Origin: Candidatus Marinacidobacterales bacterium
Lineage (GTDB): Bacteria; Acidobacteriota; Vicinamibacteria; Marinacidobacterales; DATDRI01
Assembly (NCBI GenBank): GCA_965219415.1
Contig: CBDCNP010000002.1
Coordinates: 2,048,001 to 2,112,000 of the forward strand
DNA length: 64,000 nucleotides
Direction of reading: 5' to 3'
Below the pieces are notes generated by a model. It worked only from the letters and a program-made list of their open reading frames with translations. It did no database searches and was not told the DNA's origin. Shown here one piece after another: positions 61,801 to 64,000 of this stretch (the first letter of the stretch is position 1; every line of letters starts with the position of its first letter). Both the position numbers and the translations under genes were made by a program.

Positions 61801-64000
61801 AAGCCCAGATTATCGAGCTCCGAGCCCGTCTCCCATTCCAGCAAGACTTCACCGTCCAGGCCGGTGGCGGTAAACGACACCAGCTCCACCGCGGTCGTTG
61901 CGCTGCACACGTTGTAGAACGTCGCTGGAGAGTTCTGGTTGTTGTATTCGGTGGCGATCCAAGCGTCGGTTCGGCCCAGGTTCGAGATCCTCACCTCATC
62001 CAGCGAACCGTTCAGCGCGTTAGTGGAGCCACCCAAGAGCAAACCGCTAGCGGTGTTGTTAATGAGATTGTCACCGGGTATGGAAACACTCCCAACCGGC
62101 GCGCCGTCCACGAATTTCTTGAAATCCATTCCGTCGTAAAGATAAACGATGTGATTCCATTGACTACGAGATATTTCGACGGTCTGGAACTGCGTGCCTG
62201 CGCCGACGAACTCGATATCGACCTGGAACGTTCCCTTCCCTGCGGGTTCACCTCCTCCACGCCGCACGCGCGCGAGCCGGACCGGAGCCGTGCCAGCACC
62301 AGATGGGCCCATGACATTGTCTTCTCCGGCGCTTTCCCACGCCGCGTCCGACACGTAGTCCGGGAAGACCCAAAACTCGAAGGCAAACTGATTCCATCCA
62401 TCGAAAAGGGGGGTCGGGTTGCCCCAGTTAATTCGTTCATCACCACTGTCCACAAAAGTTCTTGCGCCGCCGATTTTTCCCGACACGTTGAAGGTCGTGT
62501 TAGTGGGCGTCCCATGGTGATCGTTCTGTGCCGAGTTGGCGATATACGCGCCGGTTCCACTCGGCTGGCTCAGGTGCCAGACCCCTTGATACCCATTGCT
62601 CCAGGTGTTGAAAACATCCTCCTGATTCCCCACGGTGCCGTTGCCGTAATACATGTAGATGGCGCTGTCGCCGCCCGAAGACAGGTACAGCACCTTCACC
62701 CAGGCGACCAGGTCGCCGGCCGCTCGGTCGAACTTGTCGATCTCGTGGCTGAGCTTCGTCACTCCGTCCGACGCGGTGAAGACGATGTCGTCGCCGTCGA
62801 TCTGGGCCGACGCCAGATCGCCATCCGAGGAGAGGTTGATCAAGACGGGGAAATCCGTCTGAACCGCGGTGACTTGGCTGGACTGAACTACAATGGCCTT
62901 GCGGAACTGCCAGTCCTCGTCGAACCAGGCTTGCTGGGCCACCGGACAGGAGTTCGCCGTCGGTCGCTCGTCCGCACCCATATCCCATAGGACATCGAGC
63001 GGCCTCGCCTGGGCGTCGATGTCATCGGAGAAATTCGGCGAGAGGTCGGTGCCCGCTTCGAGGGCCAGCGCCCCCAGCTTCAGGTGAAGGTCTGCGGTCG
63101 CAATCGTGTCATCCACAAACTCGTTCGCGGAAGTGGCGCCGGTGATGGCGTTCAGGTCACCACCGAAGGCGGTCGAAGCCGTCAGGTCGGTAGACATGTT
63201 GTGAGATCCGGTCATCGTGCCGGTATTTAGGAAATCCGTGGTGTTTCCGATGGCGATGGTGTTCGTGACCGTGGTAGTACCGGCGTTGAATATCCCACGT
63301 TCCATCCCGTAGACGGTGCAGTTTTGGATCGTGACCACAGTGCCCACTTGGGCGAGCTGGATTCCGGTTCGGTCCCCGTCGTAGATAATGCTGTTGCGGA
63401 TTGTGAAGCTTGCGCCCGCTGGGCCGCTCTTGATCCCGAAGTCATTCTGGGCGGGCTCGAGAAAATCGTGAATAAGCAGCTCATTCAGCAGGACGTTGGC
63501 CGCTTCCACGCGGACCCCCGCAGAGCCCGCCTGGGTTGGATCGTGCACCTTCTGAATCTCCAACCACTCGACCACGGTGTAGTCGTCCACGACGCTAACT
63601 CCGAAGTGGGCCACCGGGGACGATCCGTCCAACAACACACCCATCCCCGTCGTGCCGGTTCCCGGCTGCGACGGTGAGTGTGATGTTGTGGGTGGCGTCG
63701 GTCGTCGAACCACCAATGGTGACGATTCTGCCGTCCACGTCATCATCGATGAAGACGCTGTCCTTATAGGCAAACTCAAACTCTTTTCGATTGTCATCGA
63801 CCAGGCTCGCACTGGACGGAGGGAAAGGATAGAGCGCCGGGCAACCCGCAAACGAGATGCAATCCTCCCACTCCTGGAGCGTCGTAAAGTGACGCCGGAT
63901 GTCCGTGGGATAAGACCCGGTGGTTCCGGTAAAGGGCGCGGTTAGCGTCAGCTGGGTTTCAGAATCCACCGACAAAATGGTGTAGTTTCCGCCATCGATA
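58891..64000 (-). CDS. Very large multidomain protein: beta-helix, DUF2341, LamG, FnIII-like, C25 (gingipain-like) peptidase; frameshifted, 5' end outside window
   Basis: WQFRKAI/DFPVLINL/IYMYYGN (DUF2341), GSLDEVRIS (LamG), TAVELVSFTA...WETGSELDNLGF, YLVIGP, YVLLLGDGTYD, VGRLPA, YIGHG, TMNC, YHLLGDPAL; stop at 58891. Confidence 0.82.

Overview
High-GC bacterial chromosomal window. Gene content and synteny (romR-valS-birA, DUF1844/mazG, scpAB-rluB-cmk-rpsA-ihfB, DUF4388 proteins) suggest Acidobacteriota or a myxobacteria-like lineage; this is an inference only. Most of the window is housekeeping and metabolic: mazG, comEC, rlmD, birA, valS, icmF, rpsA, cmk, rluB, scpAB, trpS, uvrC, lolA with an ABC transporter, qor, glcDEF and yjbQ-queD-folE. 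The last ~11 kb is accessory, with a Ser/Thr kinase, an IS3 element, a J-domain/TPR protein, a PilZ protein and a very large multidomain gingipain-like (C25) protein that runs off the window. About ten genes carry single-base frameshifts, probably largely sequencing indels. No rRNA, tRNA or CRISPR array was recognised. The best leads are: (1) a metal-uptake operon with no ATPase gene, headed by a CxxC/RSPP leader peptide resembling ribosome-arrest sensors; (2) a RomR-like polarity regulator; (3) a strongly diverged valS; (4) a passenger-FnIII-C25 giant protein; (5) a Cache sensor without an output domain, preceded by a uORF with mutually exclusive hairpins; (6) a yjbQ-queD-folE cluster with a divergent FolE.
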